Source: a virus (lineage: Duplodnaviria; Caudoviricetes). Taken from it: DNA of 64,000 nt. Under the pieces are notes generated by a model. That model did no database searches and had not been told where the DNA came from. It worked only from the letters and a program-made list of their open reading frames with translations. The DNA lies in IMG/VR virus record IMGVR_UViG_3300029288_004137, positions 96,001 through 160,000 of that record; one strand, written 5' to 3'. This document shows positions 17,810 to 27,228 of the stretch, piece by piece (the stretch's first letter is position 1; each line of letters starts with the position of its first letter). The translations under genes and the position numbers were made by a program.

Positions 17810-18488
17810 GCTTTATTTGAAGATCTTCAAATAAAATAGGATATAAATTATAAACTTCTTTATAAAGAAGAGAAACAAGTTCTCTCATAAGATCTTGAGA
17901 ACCTTTCTTAAACAATCTTGTCCTAAACAAATTTCGTAATGCTTGAATATTTGTTGTTATTCCTATACGTGTTGCTACACACATAGGAAGAACATCTCTT
18001 GCTTCTTCTGGCCAGGATTCTGTTTTTTCTAACAAATCAAAATATGCATTTTCAGATGCAACCAATGATTCAAAAAATATTTCTTCTAAAGAACAAAATC
18101 CTGAAAGACACATGTAATTATCAAATGTTATCTTTGTATTCTCATCAATAGAAATAAAATCAAGCCATGCAGGTTTAATAAAACATAAATTTCCTCTTCC
18201 TTCTGTTTTAAGATAATTCACATATCTTTGTGATTCCATCGTTGGATCAAGAAATTTATGTCTCAATAACTGTTGAGCAATTGCCCTACTCGTATAAACC
18301 TCAAACGAAACAGTACCATGTCTTAATACAGATTCATGTCCTAAAAAAATAACACGTTTTATAAACTTTTCTGTCGTCCCTTCATCAGAAGGTGAACTTT
18401 TATGTGAAATCCGTGCCATATACTCTATAGCATTAAGCATATTAGGTGTTGAAGAAAGAATCTTAACCTTTTGTCTTTTCAGATACAT
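17802..18488 (-). CDS. thyX: Flavin-dependent thymidylate synthase
   Basis: GHESVLRH, SRAIAQQLLRH...ESQRY, EEARDVLP. Confidence 0.9.
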   Translation of the reverse strand: MYLKRQKVKILSSTPNMLNAIEYMARISHKSSPSDEGTTEKFIKRVIFLGHESVLRHGTVSFEVYTSRAIAQQLLRHKFLDPTMESQRYVNYLKTEGRGNLCFIKPAWLDFISIDENTKITFDNYMCLSGFCSLEEIFFESLVASENAYFDLLEKTESWPEEARDVLPMCVATRIGITTNIQALRNLFRTRLFKKGSQDLMRELVSLLYKEVYNLYPILFEDLQIKHD

Positions 18489-18838
18489 TCTGTTTTATCT
18501 CCATCATCAGAAGATCGATAAAATCCACATAAAGCAGATTTAGGAACAAGAACATCATCGTTTATCTTATAAGAAAAAGCATTGTCATACATTACAATGT
18601 CCCCTATAAAAAATTCAATATCTGTTTCAAGAACAGAATCAGTTGCCATACTCTTAATTATACCAAATCGTATATTTGAAGAAACATTAAAATTATCAGA
18701 AACAGATTTAAATGAATCTAAATTTGAAGTTTCTTTATCATCTAAAAATGAAAAAAGACAAGGGGTTAAAAGTATATAGTTGTTCAACGGATAAAAAGAA
18801 TTATTATCAATCTTAACTGTTTGAATAACTGGTGCCAT
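18479..18838 (-). CDS. GroES/gp31-like co-chaperonin
   Basis: FYPLNNYILL, IGDIVMY, LVPKSALCG pattern. Confidence 0.5.
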   Translation of the reverse strand: MAPVIQTVKIDNNSFYPLNNYILLTPCLFSFLDDKETSNLDSFKSVSDNFNVSSNIRFGIIKSMATDSVLETDIEFFIGDIVMYDNAFSYKINDDVLVPKSALCGFYRSSDDGDKTECI

Positions 18839-18843
18839 TGTTT

Positions 18844-19107
18844 TTATTCCTCATCTTGAAGATTAAAATTATACTTCTGTTTTATATTGTGATAAATCTC
18901 AGCAAGATTATCAAAATTAATATCTTGTCTCATTAACTGAATAACTTTTCCAGCTAACTTAATATCTTCAGACGACAGCCATCCGTTTTCTACAAACTCT
19001 TTCCGCAAATCCTTTTTTTGCTCACGAAAAGGTTCAATGGCATTATCAAGAGCCACAATTGACTTCACATACTCAACAAACTTATCCTCAACTTTTTCTT
19101 CACTCAT
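18844..19107 (-). CDS. Small coiled-coil protein (T4 DsbA/GapR-like DNA-binding candidate)
   Basis: IVALDNAIEPFREQKKDLRKEFVENG helix pattern. Confidence 0.4.
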   Translation of the reverse strand: MSEEKVEDKFVEYVKSIVALDNAIEPFREQKKDLRKEFVENGWLSSEDIKLAGKVIQLMRQDINFDNLAEIYHNIKQKYNFNLQDEE

Positions 19108-19148
19108 AACTTCCTCCTATTTAATAATTTTTTATCTTAGATTAACTC

Positions 19149-19177
19149 ATCTTAACATATCTTTTTTATTTTGTCAA
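19149..19177 (-). promoter_or_regulatory. Sigma70-type promoter overlapped by an inverted repeat
   Basis: TTGACA-17 nt-TAAGAT with extended TG; ttttgtcaa...ttgacaaaa inverted repeat. Confidence 0.7.
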
Positions 19178-19202
19178 GATTTAAATTTGACAAAAAAACT
19201 AA

Positions 19203-19601
19203 TTATTCAACTTCTTCTGCGTAATAACCATATTCACATTTATCTAACAATTTCTTTTCTTTTTTAAAACATTTTTTAATTACAGATTTAACTCTTGCTT
19301 TAAATTCACCACCTGTTTCAGTATCTAATAATTCGTTTGGGGACATTCCTATATAAATACCAGGATCACAATATTCTCCATAAGAATCTCCATAAAATTC
19401 TATATGATCTTCTTCTTGTATAATTTTATTAAACTCTTTTTCTTTTGTTTCTATAAAAGAAGCAGGATCATCAGGATCATATTCATCTTCCAAATTATTA
19501 TTTCTTATATAATTTTCTATCTCATCACAAGAAATAAAAGCACCATAAATATAGAAACTTGTTGTACTTGAATTACTCACAAAACCTTTTCTAATCTTCT
19601 T
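19203..19601 (-). CDS. FVSNSS-motif protein, paralog 4 (start codon AAG in place of ATG)
   Basis: GGAGGTG-agta-AAG AAG ATT AGA AAA GGT TTT GTG AGT AAT TCA. Confidence 0.7.
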   Translation of the reverse strand, partial: KKIRKGFVSNSSTTSFYIYGAFISCDEIENYIRNNNLEDEYDPDDPASFIETKEKEFNKIIQEEDHIEFYGDSYGEYCDPGIYIGMSPNELLDTETGGEFKARVKSVIKKCFKKEKKLLDKCEYGYYAEEVE

Positions 19602-19956
19602 TACTCACCTCCAAATTTTGTTTTTCATTAGTTAAATGATGATAAATTTTACTAATAAATTCATAAAACTCTTTATCATTCATAATGCCTTTCGCACGAT
19701 TTACATCTAAAGTAACCCATCTTAAATTATCTATATCATACTTTAATTCTGGGAAATCTTTGACTGATAAAATATGATCTACTGAAGAATTTTTATCAAA
19801 TCTTAATACATCTCCAGTTAATGGACAACGATACTTTTGTTTTTCCATTAAATTAAAAAGATCCATCCAAAGATCACTATTACAAAGACATCGTTGTGCT
19901 AATGCTCTTAACTTTCTTATTATTCTCTTTTCTTCTTTCGTTTTCTTAGATTTCAA
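19591..19956 (-). CDS. HNH endonuclease
   Basis: RCPLTG...SVDHI...DNLRWVTLDVNRAKG. Confidence 0.8.
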   Translation of the reverse strand: MKSKKTKEEKRIIRKLRALAQRCLCNSDLWMDLFNLMEKQKYRCPLTGDVLRFDKNSSVDHILSVKDFPELKYDIDNLRWVTLDVNRAKGIMNDKEFYEFISKIYHHLTNEKQNLEVSKED

Positions 19957-19963
19957 TTAAATG

Positions 19964-21967
19964 TTATTTTAATAATTCATATTCAAAAAATTTAGGTCTC
20001 ATATTATCTATATAAAATTGTTTTAATAATTGTTTTAATTCTTCTACCTTTGGAAAAAGAATATGTGCTCTCCATAATTTACCATTTCCTTCTTTATCAT
20101 ATGTTTCAATATTATATAAACCATTAAGATTAGTTTCTTTTACTAACTCAATATATATTTCCCATATTTTTGTCTTTTTCAAATTATCATTTAACATTGT
20201 TTCTCCAAATTTCCATATTTTTCCTTCTGAAGAACATTGATTATAATGAGTACATAAAGACCATAATAAACAATTTTGTAAAAAATCTTTATCTTTTTGA
20301 TATTTGGTTCCACCATCAGAAGTTTTATAAATAGTATCTACTATCCTATAATCTTTTTCTCCAATTGTTCCACCTTTTTCTGATATTTCATCTCTACATA
20401 CACAAAATAAAGGTAAAACATTGATTAAATTATCTTTATTTACCCATTTTTTGCCATATTTTTCATTATCATTTAAACTTCCTGTAAGTCGAGGAGATGC
20501 AAAAGAATAATTTCTTGCTTCAACAACACATATACCATTTTCTTTACCATCATTTGAATATAATTCAGAAATTGTTTTATAAACTTTTTTAACTTTAAAT
20601 TTTCCTTCAAAATCACTATCAAACAATATTGATTCATTTTCAATATCTTTATTTCCCCAATGAATTAAAGCAATTGCACTTTCACCTGCATTGAAATATT
20701 TTTTATTGCATAAATAAGATTCTTTAACTTCTTTATCTATTAAATGAGTTGTTTTCCATATTTTAATTGGTCCATAATGAATATATGAATAAATATCAAA
20801 ATACTTAAAGGCACTAAATACAAACTGGTGATCTAAATCAGAACCTCCATTTTTCATCTGTGCATGAACCCAAGTTTTTCCTACTTTCTTATCCGTTTTA
20901 TAATTTGAACCTCCATTCTTATTAGAATTAAGTTCGGCATATGGTGGGTTTTCTAAAAATATAACAGCTAATTTATTAACATTATTATTTATTTTATATT
21001 CTTTTATTTTATTTTGATAATATTTAACACCTTTCTCTGATAAAGCATCTATAATATTTACATTAGATAAATTTCCAAATCTGATATTAGCAGTAAATGC
21101 TTCAGCTTCATTTATAGTTCCTAAAATTAAATGTGAATATACATCTTCTTTAAATTGACTTTCTAAATTACCTACACCAGTAGACCTATCAACAATGACA
21201 TAATCATCATAACCTTCTTTTTTTGATTGTTGTATTGCGTTTTCTACATATTGAGTTGATATTTTTACATATTGTGAAGGTGTAAAAAAAGCCCCTTCAA
21301 TCTTTTGAACATATTTTTCATTCATTTTATCATTATTAAGAATAAGTTTATTAATATTTACTTTTTTAAAATCAAATGGTTTAAACCATCCCAATACACC
21401 TTCTTTAAGTTTTTCATAAGCTTCCATTTTTTCTTTAATTAGAAATACTTTATAAATATTTTGAATAACTTCTACTAAATCAACATTTTCATCTTGTAAA
21501 TCATATTCATAAGTATTTTTATTATCTTCAAAATATTTAATAAATTTTTCTGGTGTTTCATACCAATCAAATTTTTCTATAAAATTAAAATGACAATCAT
21601 AAACATTAACTAAAAAAGTTTCTAATTCAACATATATTCTATAATAAGGAACTTTTTCACCCTTATTTTTTAATCTATTTGGAATTATTTGATAAAGTCC
21701 CTGATCTGCTTTTATTAGACCACCACCTTCTTTTTCATTTAATTTACATTCAATTATTGCATTTCCAACTATTCCATCACTTTGATTCTTATCCATACTT
21801 TCAGGATTTAATTTAAAATTAGTTTTTTGTGTTAAAAAAACATAAAACACTCTTTGCCCTGCTACTTCTTGTTTTAACATAGCATTAACAAGAGCACCTT
21901 TTGTATATTTTAAATAATTTTCCTTATTAATACTTTCTAAAATATCTTTATTTTTTTTAGCACTCAT
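19964..21967 (-). CDS. Type IIG-like fused endonuclease / N6-adenine methyltransferase
   Basis: SDG...IIECK nuclease motif, GAFFTP, VDRSTGVGNL (motif I), LENPPY (motif IV). Confidence 0.75.
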   Translation of the reverse strand: MSAKKNKDILESINKENYLKYTKGALVNAMLKQEVAGQRVFYVFLTQKTNFKLNPESMDKNQSDGIVGNAIIECKLNEKEGGGLIKADQGLYQIIPNRLKNKGEKVPYYRIYVELETFLVNVYDCHFNFIEKFDWYETPEKFIKYFEDNKNTYEYDLQDENVDLVEVIQNIYKVFLIKEKMEAYEKLKEGVLGWFKPFDFKKVNINKLILNNDKMNEKYVQKIEGAFFTPSQYVKISTQYVENAIQQSKKEGYDDYVIVDRSTGVGNLESQFKEDVYSHLILGTINEAEAFTANIRFGNLSNVNIIDALSEKGVKYYQNKIKEYKINNNVNKLAVIFLENPPYAELNSNKNGGSNYKTDKKVGKTWVHAQMKNGGSDLDHQFVFSAFKYFDIYSYIHYGPIKIWKTTHLIDKEVKESYLCNKKYFNAGESAIALIHWGNKDIENESILFDSDFEGKFKVKKVYKTISELYSNDGKENGICVVEARNYSFASPRLTGSLNDNEKYGKKWVNKDNLINVLPLFCVCRDEISEKGGTIGEKDYRIVDTIYKTSDGGTKYQKDKDFLQNCLLWSLCTHYNQCSSEGKIWKFGETMLNDNLKKTKIWEIYIELVKETNLNGLYNIETYDKEGNGKLWRAHILFPKVEELKQLLKQFYIDNMRPKFFEYELLK

Positions 21968-22003
21968 TTTTTTTACTTTTTCCTTTCTAATTTTTCTATT
22001 AAC

Positions 22004-22032
22004 ACTATATCACATTCAACTTCAAATGTCAA
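22004..22032 (-). promoter_or_regulatory. Sigma70-type promoter (duplicated)
   Basis: TTGACA-17 nt-TATAGT with extended TG. Confidence 0.8.
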
Positions 22033-22129
22033 GAACAAAATTTTATGAACATTTGCCCCAACCACACTGAGAACAGGATACACATCCGTCTATATAAATT
22101 AACTGCGATCCACAATCAGGACAATATTG
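22004..22129. repeat. 126-bp direct repeat, copy 1 (nrdJ 3' end plus sigma70 promoter)
   Basis: Matches 24299..24424 with one mismatch. Confidence 0.95.
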
Positions 22130-22230
22130 TTGTTCAAGATTTCCAGTAAAAATAAAATTATAAGGTATTCCATTACACAGATTCCTGTCATGCGATAAGT
22201 TTGTCTTTGCGCGCTCATGTTTTTACCCCC

Positions 22231-23370
22231 TCAATTTTTTTCTAATAAAAATAGAAACTCCTTATTAGGTTCTTCAATTTCTTTAATCCAATCGTTCGTC
22301 CATCGCATATTCGCCATCACGTTTTTTTTAAAATCGATTTTTTCGATTTCAATAATTTTCCCAGATTCGGATAAGACTTGAATAAGTTCTTCCAAAGTTG
22401 CTCGGCCACCAGAGCTATATGAGAGTATAACAAATTGTGAATCAATATTTTTAATCAATTTTTCTATTGCTTCAATGACTAAAAATTTTCCAGTTTGACT
22501 TTTTCTAAATTCTTCAAAAATAGATGCTGAAATTGTATCTGATGTATCTTCCCGTCTTTTTGCTTTTCCGAATATCTTTGGCTTATCGTTTAAACATATT
22601 GTCGTCCACAAATGATAATATGCTTGATACCTAACACGCGATGGAGGCATTTTTTCGTTATTTGAACCATATGGGGGATCGAAGTAAGCTAGGTCGCAAT
22701 TAACTTTATCAAGAATAGAAAAAATATCGCCTTGAAACACTCGATGATCAATGTCGTTAACCCAAATGTTTGGACAAGTCAATCTCATTGTTTTATATGA
22801 TCGTGGAGACCATTCCTTAAGATACGCAGCAAAATGGCCTAGTGTTGAATCTACTTTGTCCATAGCTAAAATCAATGATGTTATCAATACAGTCTTTTCG
22901 GTAAATGGCAAATTTAATTTATCAATTTCTTCACGGATAGCATCCAATTTCATCGTGTTATGTATTTGCCATGGTTTCTTCAATTCATCTTTTGATAAGC
23001 ACTTTCCGCCATTGCCGTTTGCATAACCACCATAGTTCTCGGTGAACCATCCATCAACACCAGGAAGGTTATTTAGATGATCAATTATTGGTATAAAATA
23101 GCTTTTAGGTTGAATATTCTTTAGATAACAATTAGCAAAATAAAAGGAGTAAGTTGAAATATCATTTGCAATTACAGTGAATTTGGATTGTGCAAATGCT
23201 TGACTGACCCGAGTAGAGCCTGAAAACCCGTCAAAAATAGTTTTTGACTTAACTTTGTTTGCAAGAGTTAAAATATGTTTAAGTAACTTTAATTTAGAGC
23301 CAGTATACTTTATTCCCTCAGTGCTTGGAACATCAGTAATTATTTCGTTTTCAAATGGTGACAGTTGCAT
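22231..23370 (-). CDS. DNA adenine methyltransferase (D12/Dam class)
   Basis: KYTGSK, FDGFSGS, ANDIS, YFDPPY, LSYS. Confidence 0.9.
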   Translation of the reverse strand: MQLSPFENEIITDVPSTEGIKYTGSKLKLLKHILTLANKVKSKTIFDGFSGSTRVSQAFAQSKFTVIANDISTYSFYFANCYLKNIQPKSYFIPIIDHLNNLPGVDGWFTENYGGYANGNGGKCLSKDELKKPWQIHNTMKLDAIREEIDKLNLPFTEKTVLITSLILAMDKVDSTLGHFAAYLKEWSPRSYKTMRLTCPNIWVNDIDHRVFQGDIFSILDKVNCDLAYFDPPYGSNNEKMPPSRVRYQAYYHLWTTICLNDKPKIFGKAKRREDTSDTISASIFEEFRKSQTGKFLVIEAIEKLIKNIDSQFVILSYSSGGRATLEELIQVLSESGKIIEIEKIDFKKNVMANMRWTNDWIKEIEEPNKEFLFLLEKN

Positions 23371-24234
23371 TTAGTTGTTACCAAGCAAAGATTGTTTCTT
23401 TTGTTCTTCAATATCAGTTTTAAATATTTCTAATGCAGGTCCGTACCCTTTTTGAGTTGAAACTAATGCGTGGGAAAGTAGCTCGACAAATAAAGAATTA
23501 TCAGAATAATCAATCCATCCGTTTGTTGCAGATTTAAAATAAACTAGCGCGTTCTTAGTATTTGTCCAAAGACCACGTTGTAAGGCGTTTGCAGCAGCAT
23601 CACCATAGCGCACTTCGCAAATATAACCACCATTATTGTCGTAAAATTTATATACAGGATATATTCGTTTTTTTCCTTTTCCTTCTCCTTCTTTTTCAAC
23701 TTCAATTCTAACGGTCGAATTCATTGCTTTTTCAAAATCAAAAACAAGTATATTACACCTCTTGTTTTTTTCGTCATAAATTAGTGGTAAAACATTAATG
23801 TTGTTAAATTCTGACATCTCATCTGCTGAAAAAACAGATTGTATGCTGCTTTTCCCTGTAATACGATCACCTTTTTTTGATAAAAATGGGAACATCTTTG
23901 ATTTTTTATCTGTTGATAGCTGAAGATTACCAATCCCATAAGCCTTTAAACTGATTGAAAAACTAACATTATTAATTTCATTTGTAATTGTAATATCTTC
24001 CTCATGCTTTTTTGCCCTATATAGGTCTTTGCCAACATGTTTGGATTTAAAACCATACATAAATTGATTTATGAATTCCGATATTCCGATTTCAGCTAAA
24101 TCCCCATGTATCTTGGTGCCTATTGATCGGCTGGTAAATATGTTTGACAATGTAGTTTTTATTAGGTGAGGATTATTTTTATTGAAATGAGTAAATTGAG
24201 CTACAAAATCTTTAAATGCTTCTTGCTGTGTCAT
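23371..24234 (-). CDS. Putative type II restriction endonuclease
   Basis: HGDLAE...EEDI...ISLKAYG pattern; abuts the MTase; start reassigned to MTQQ after SD GGAAAGGA. Confidence 0.65.
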   Translation of the reverse strand: MTQQEAFKDFVAQFTHFNKNNPHLIKTTLSNIFTSRSIGTKIHGDLAEIGISEFINQFMYGFKSKHVGKDLYRAKKHEEDITITNEINNVSFSISLKAYGIGNLQLSTDKKSKMFPFLSKKGDRITGKSSIQSVFSADEMSEFNNINVLPLIYDEKNKRCNILVFDFEKAMNSTVRIEVEKEGEGKGKKRIYPVYKFYDNNGGYICEVRYGDAAANALQRGLWTNTKNALVYFKSATNGWIDYSDNSLFVELLSHALVSTQKGYGPALEIFKTDIEEQKKQSLLGNN

Positions 24235-24298
24235 TATTTTTTCCTTTCCACAAAGTGTTTCAAAAGTCAAAAACCATTCCTCAACTTTCTTATATATA

Positions 24299-24424
24299 AC
24301 TATATCACATTCAACTTCAAATGTCAAGAACAAAATTTTATGAACATTTACCCCAACCACACTGAGAACAGGATACACATCCGTCTATATAAATTAACTG
24401 CGATCCACAATCAGGACAATATTG
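24299..24424. repeat. 126-bp direct repeat, copy 2 (includes promoter 24299..24327)
   Basis: Matches 22004..22129. Confidence 0.95.
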
Positions 24425-26767
24425 CTTGTCTGCTTCTTCTCCATTTATAATGTATTTCTTCAAAACTCTTGCTAAAGTTTTATTAATACTCGTAAAATCA
24501 GAATCAGGATCATCTTTATTTAACTGCTCTACCAAGATTCTTGGTTTCGCTCCATGTCTTAAAGAATTAGAAATTAATCGCGTTAATGTTCCATGATTAG
24601 GATTTTTAAATGTTTTCACAACGTCAAGAACAAATCCATCATTTTCTTTATCAAAAATAAGATCATAATGACTTGGTTTTGTTTTATAAGAATGCTTTAC
24701 AAGAATACCTTTTTTATACGCAGTTGGTATTCCTACAAAAAAAGATCTTCCTGCAAACACTTCATATGGTTTACCATTCATTAATCCAACAAAAACAATC
24801 CATTTTTTACTTTTTACGTTAATGTGATGTATATCACATTCAAGTTCTTTCGGTCTTATTACTGCATCAACTTGATGAAAATTTGTAGGTTGTTCTAACA
24901 TATCTTTTGATACAAGAACTCCCTTCCTACATCCCTCAACAAAGACGGTAATTCCTTTTAATTTTTTTGACCACGCTTCTTCATATATTGTTCCTACGGT
25001 TTCAGATGTAGTCCCTATTGGAAGATTTATTGTGCTTGAAATTGACTGATCTATATGTCTTTGAATTGCAGACTGCATTTCTATTCTTTGTTTCCATGGA
25101 ACATTATTGCTTTCAATAAAAATATCTGGTGTATCATTTTTATTTGTTACATTTTGATAATCTTTAATATTCTTGTGAAACACATCGTAAGAAAACCATT
25201 TTTCTCCATCTTCAGTTACTTCTGCATTTAAAAACTTATCTTGCTCATCAAAATTAAGTTTTCTTCTTCTCTTGTAAGAGTTTCTGAAAATAGGTTCAAT
25301 ACCAAAACTTGTTTGTGCAATAATAGATACACCTGCTGTTGGCGCATTTGTTAATATCGATATATTTCTTCTACCAAAGTTTTCCATATCTTTAATAACA
25401 TCTGGAGTAAAAGAATTAAAAAATTTGCAAGTTCTTTCTTTCTTCCAATTAAAAATTGGAAAAATCCCTCTTTCAATACCTAATTTAATACTTTCTTGAT
25501 ATGCACCTAATTTTAATTCTTCATATATCATATCTGTCATTTCTATCGCTTCAGGACTTCCATAAATCATATTTAAACGAGACAAAGCATCAGCTAACCC
25601 GTTAGTTCCCAATCCTGTTCTTCTCCCTTCCTGAGCAGATTTAATAAGTTTCTTCCAAATTTCTTTTTCATCTTCTTCGTCTGTAATTTCAATTAAATTA
25701 TAAAGTTTTTCAATTTCTAAATCAATTAAATCGTCTGATAAACGCATTGCTACAGAAACAACTTTTCTAAAAGTATTCAAATCAACAAATGAATTAGGTG
25801 AAAAAGGATTAACAATAAAATTCTTTAAATTAATTGAAATAAGTCTGCAAGAGTCATATCCACTTAAAGGTATTTCTCCACAAGGATTTGTAGTTAATGC
25901 TTCGAATCCTTCTTCTTTATAGAAATGAGCAGGAAGATAATTTGTGATATTATCCCACATTAATAATCCTGGATCTCCTGTTTTTGTAGCACAATTTATG
26001 ATTTTATTCCAAAGATCTAACGCTTTTATAGTTTTTGTATATTTAGGTTCTTTTGAATTTATTGGCCATTTCAAAACAAACTCTTCATTGTGCTGAACAG
26101 CTTCCATAAAACTATCTGTTAATTTAACAGAAATATTCGCTCCTGTAACTTTTTGTAAATCTTCTTTTAATGAAATAAATTTTTCTATGTCTGGATGCTG
26201 AACATCCATTGATATCATTAATGCTGCTCTTCTTCCGTTTTGTCCTATTAACTTACAAACAGAAGAATAAAAATCAACAAATGACCAGGCACCTGTTGAT
26301 GTACCAGCACTATTATTAACTGCTGCTCCACTTGGTCTTAATGTAGAAACATCAATTCCTACTCCACATCGTCTTTTAAAAAGATTTGCTAAATCTCTTG
26401 CAGAGTTAAATATACCAGACATTGTATCCAATGGAGAATCTACAACAATACAATTTGATAAAGAAGAATTGCTATAACTATTCCCTATCCCAAACATTGG
26501 AGATCCTTGCGGAATAATATATTTAAAATCTTTAAAATAAGAATAAATTTCATCTTCTGTTAAAGGTTTCATATAATTTGATTCAATTCTTGCAAATTCT
26601 TTTGCAAGTCGATGATGCATATCATCAGGTGTTAATTCCAAAAAATTACCTTTTTTATCTTTTAAAGCATACTTTTTCATCCACGTATCTGTAGCAAGAT
26701 GATCATCATCAAAATATTTTAAAGTAGCTTCCTTTACTTCATCTAAAGAATAAAACTGTTTTGTCAT
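24338..26767 (-). CDS. nrdJ: Class II (adenosylcobalamin-dependent) ribonucleotide reductase
   Basis: SLSNC, TNPCGE, RRTGLG, APT, DQSISSTINLP, TSCPD-like domain and C-terminal CxxC..CxxCxxC; no NrdB gene in the window. Confidence 0.85.
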   Translation of the reverse strand: MTKQFYSLDEVKEATLKYFDDDHLATDTWMKKYALKDKKGNFLELTPDDMHHRLAKEFARIESNYMKPLTEDEIYSYFKDFKYIIPQGSPMFGIGNSYSNSSLSNCIVVDSPLDTMSGIFNSARDLANLFKRRCGVGIDVSTLRPSGAAVNNSAGTSTGAWSFVDFYSSVCKLIGQNGRRAALMISMDVQHPDIEKFISLKEDLQKVTGANISVKLTDSFMEAVQHNEEFVLKWPINSKEPKYTKTIKALDLWNKIINCATKTGDPGLLMWDNITNYLPAHFYKEEGFEALTTNPCGEIPLSGYDSCRLISINLKNFIVNPFSPNSFVDLNTFRKVVSVAMRLSDDLIDLEIEKLYNLIEITDEEDEKEIWKKLIKSAQEGRRTGLGTNGLADALSRLNMIYGSPEAIEMTDMIYEELKLGAYQESIKLGIERGIFPIFNWKKERTCKFFNSFTPDVIKDMENFGRRNISILTNAPTAGVSIIAQTSFGIEPIFRNSYKRRRKLNFDEQDKFLNAEVTEDGEKWFSYDVFHKNIKDYQNVTNKNDTPDIFIESNNVPWKQRIEMQSAIQRHIDQSISSTINLPIGTTSETVGTIYEEAWSKKLKGITVFVEGCRKGVLVSKDMLEQPTNFHQVDAVIRPKELECDIHHINVKSKKWIVFVGLMNGKPYEVFAGRSFFVGIPTAYKKGILVKHSYKTKPSHYDLIFDKENDGFVLDVVKTFKNPNHGTLTRLISNSLRHGAKPRILVEQLNKDDPDSDFTSINKTLARVLKKYIINGEEADKQYCPDCGSQLIYIDGCVSCSQCGWGKCS

Positions 26768-27228
26768 TTCTTAACTCCCGATTTAAATGCCTTATATTTA
26801 CTATTAAGTAATTTCTTTGTATTGTTTTCTGTTTGTTCATTTATTTCACTTATAGAAAGATTTAACTTTTCTAACACTTTGATTGATACATTTGATGTAT
26901 CAATCTCCATTGGATATATAATACCATCTATACCATTGCGATTTTTAGCAATAAACATTCTTCCTACGTTTTTATTCTTATCTTCAATAGTTCTTGATAC
27001 TGAAAAAATAAAATCTGCAACAAAACATTTGTTAAATGCTTCACTTATTGATTCCATTGTTATAACCTCAGCATTAAGACCAGAATTATGAGTTAAAACA
27101 CCGTTTGAAAGAAAATACATGTGCTCCGATTCTATAGTTATATCAACAGTATTTCCTTCACCATATAATTCTATACTTTCAATTTCATCTATAATAAAAT
27201 CATTTTTATTCAATTTATGTTTGTTCAT
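26764..27228 (-). CDS. Replicative helicase C-terminal piece (IntC + extein)
   Basis: THN|SGLNAEVITMESISEAF...ADF...AKNRNG. Confidence 0.9.
   Translation of the reverse strand: MNKHKLNKNDFIIDEIESIELYGEGNTVDITIESEHMYFLSNGVLTHNSGLNAEVITMESISEAFNKCFVADFIFSVSRTIEDKNKNVGRMFIAKNRNGIDGIIYPMEIDTSNVSIKVLEKLNLSISEINEQTENNTKKLLNSKYKAFKSGVKK
27085..27228 (-). mobile_element. Split intein C-fragment of helicase (48 aa)
   Basis: DEIESIE...TVDITIESEHMYFLSNGVLTHN|S. Confidence 0.92.

Noticed and set aside
22091-22230. Short ORFs reading into repeat copy 1
   Set aside because: Probably junction by-products of the duplication, with no independent support.
24235-24378. N-terminal 48 aa of the 335-aa ORF
   Set aside because: Runs through the nrdJ end and the promoter; the ATG at 24234 has an SD and is the likelier start.
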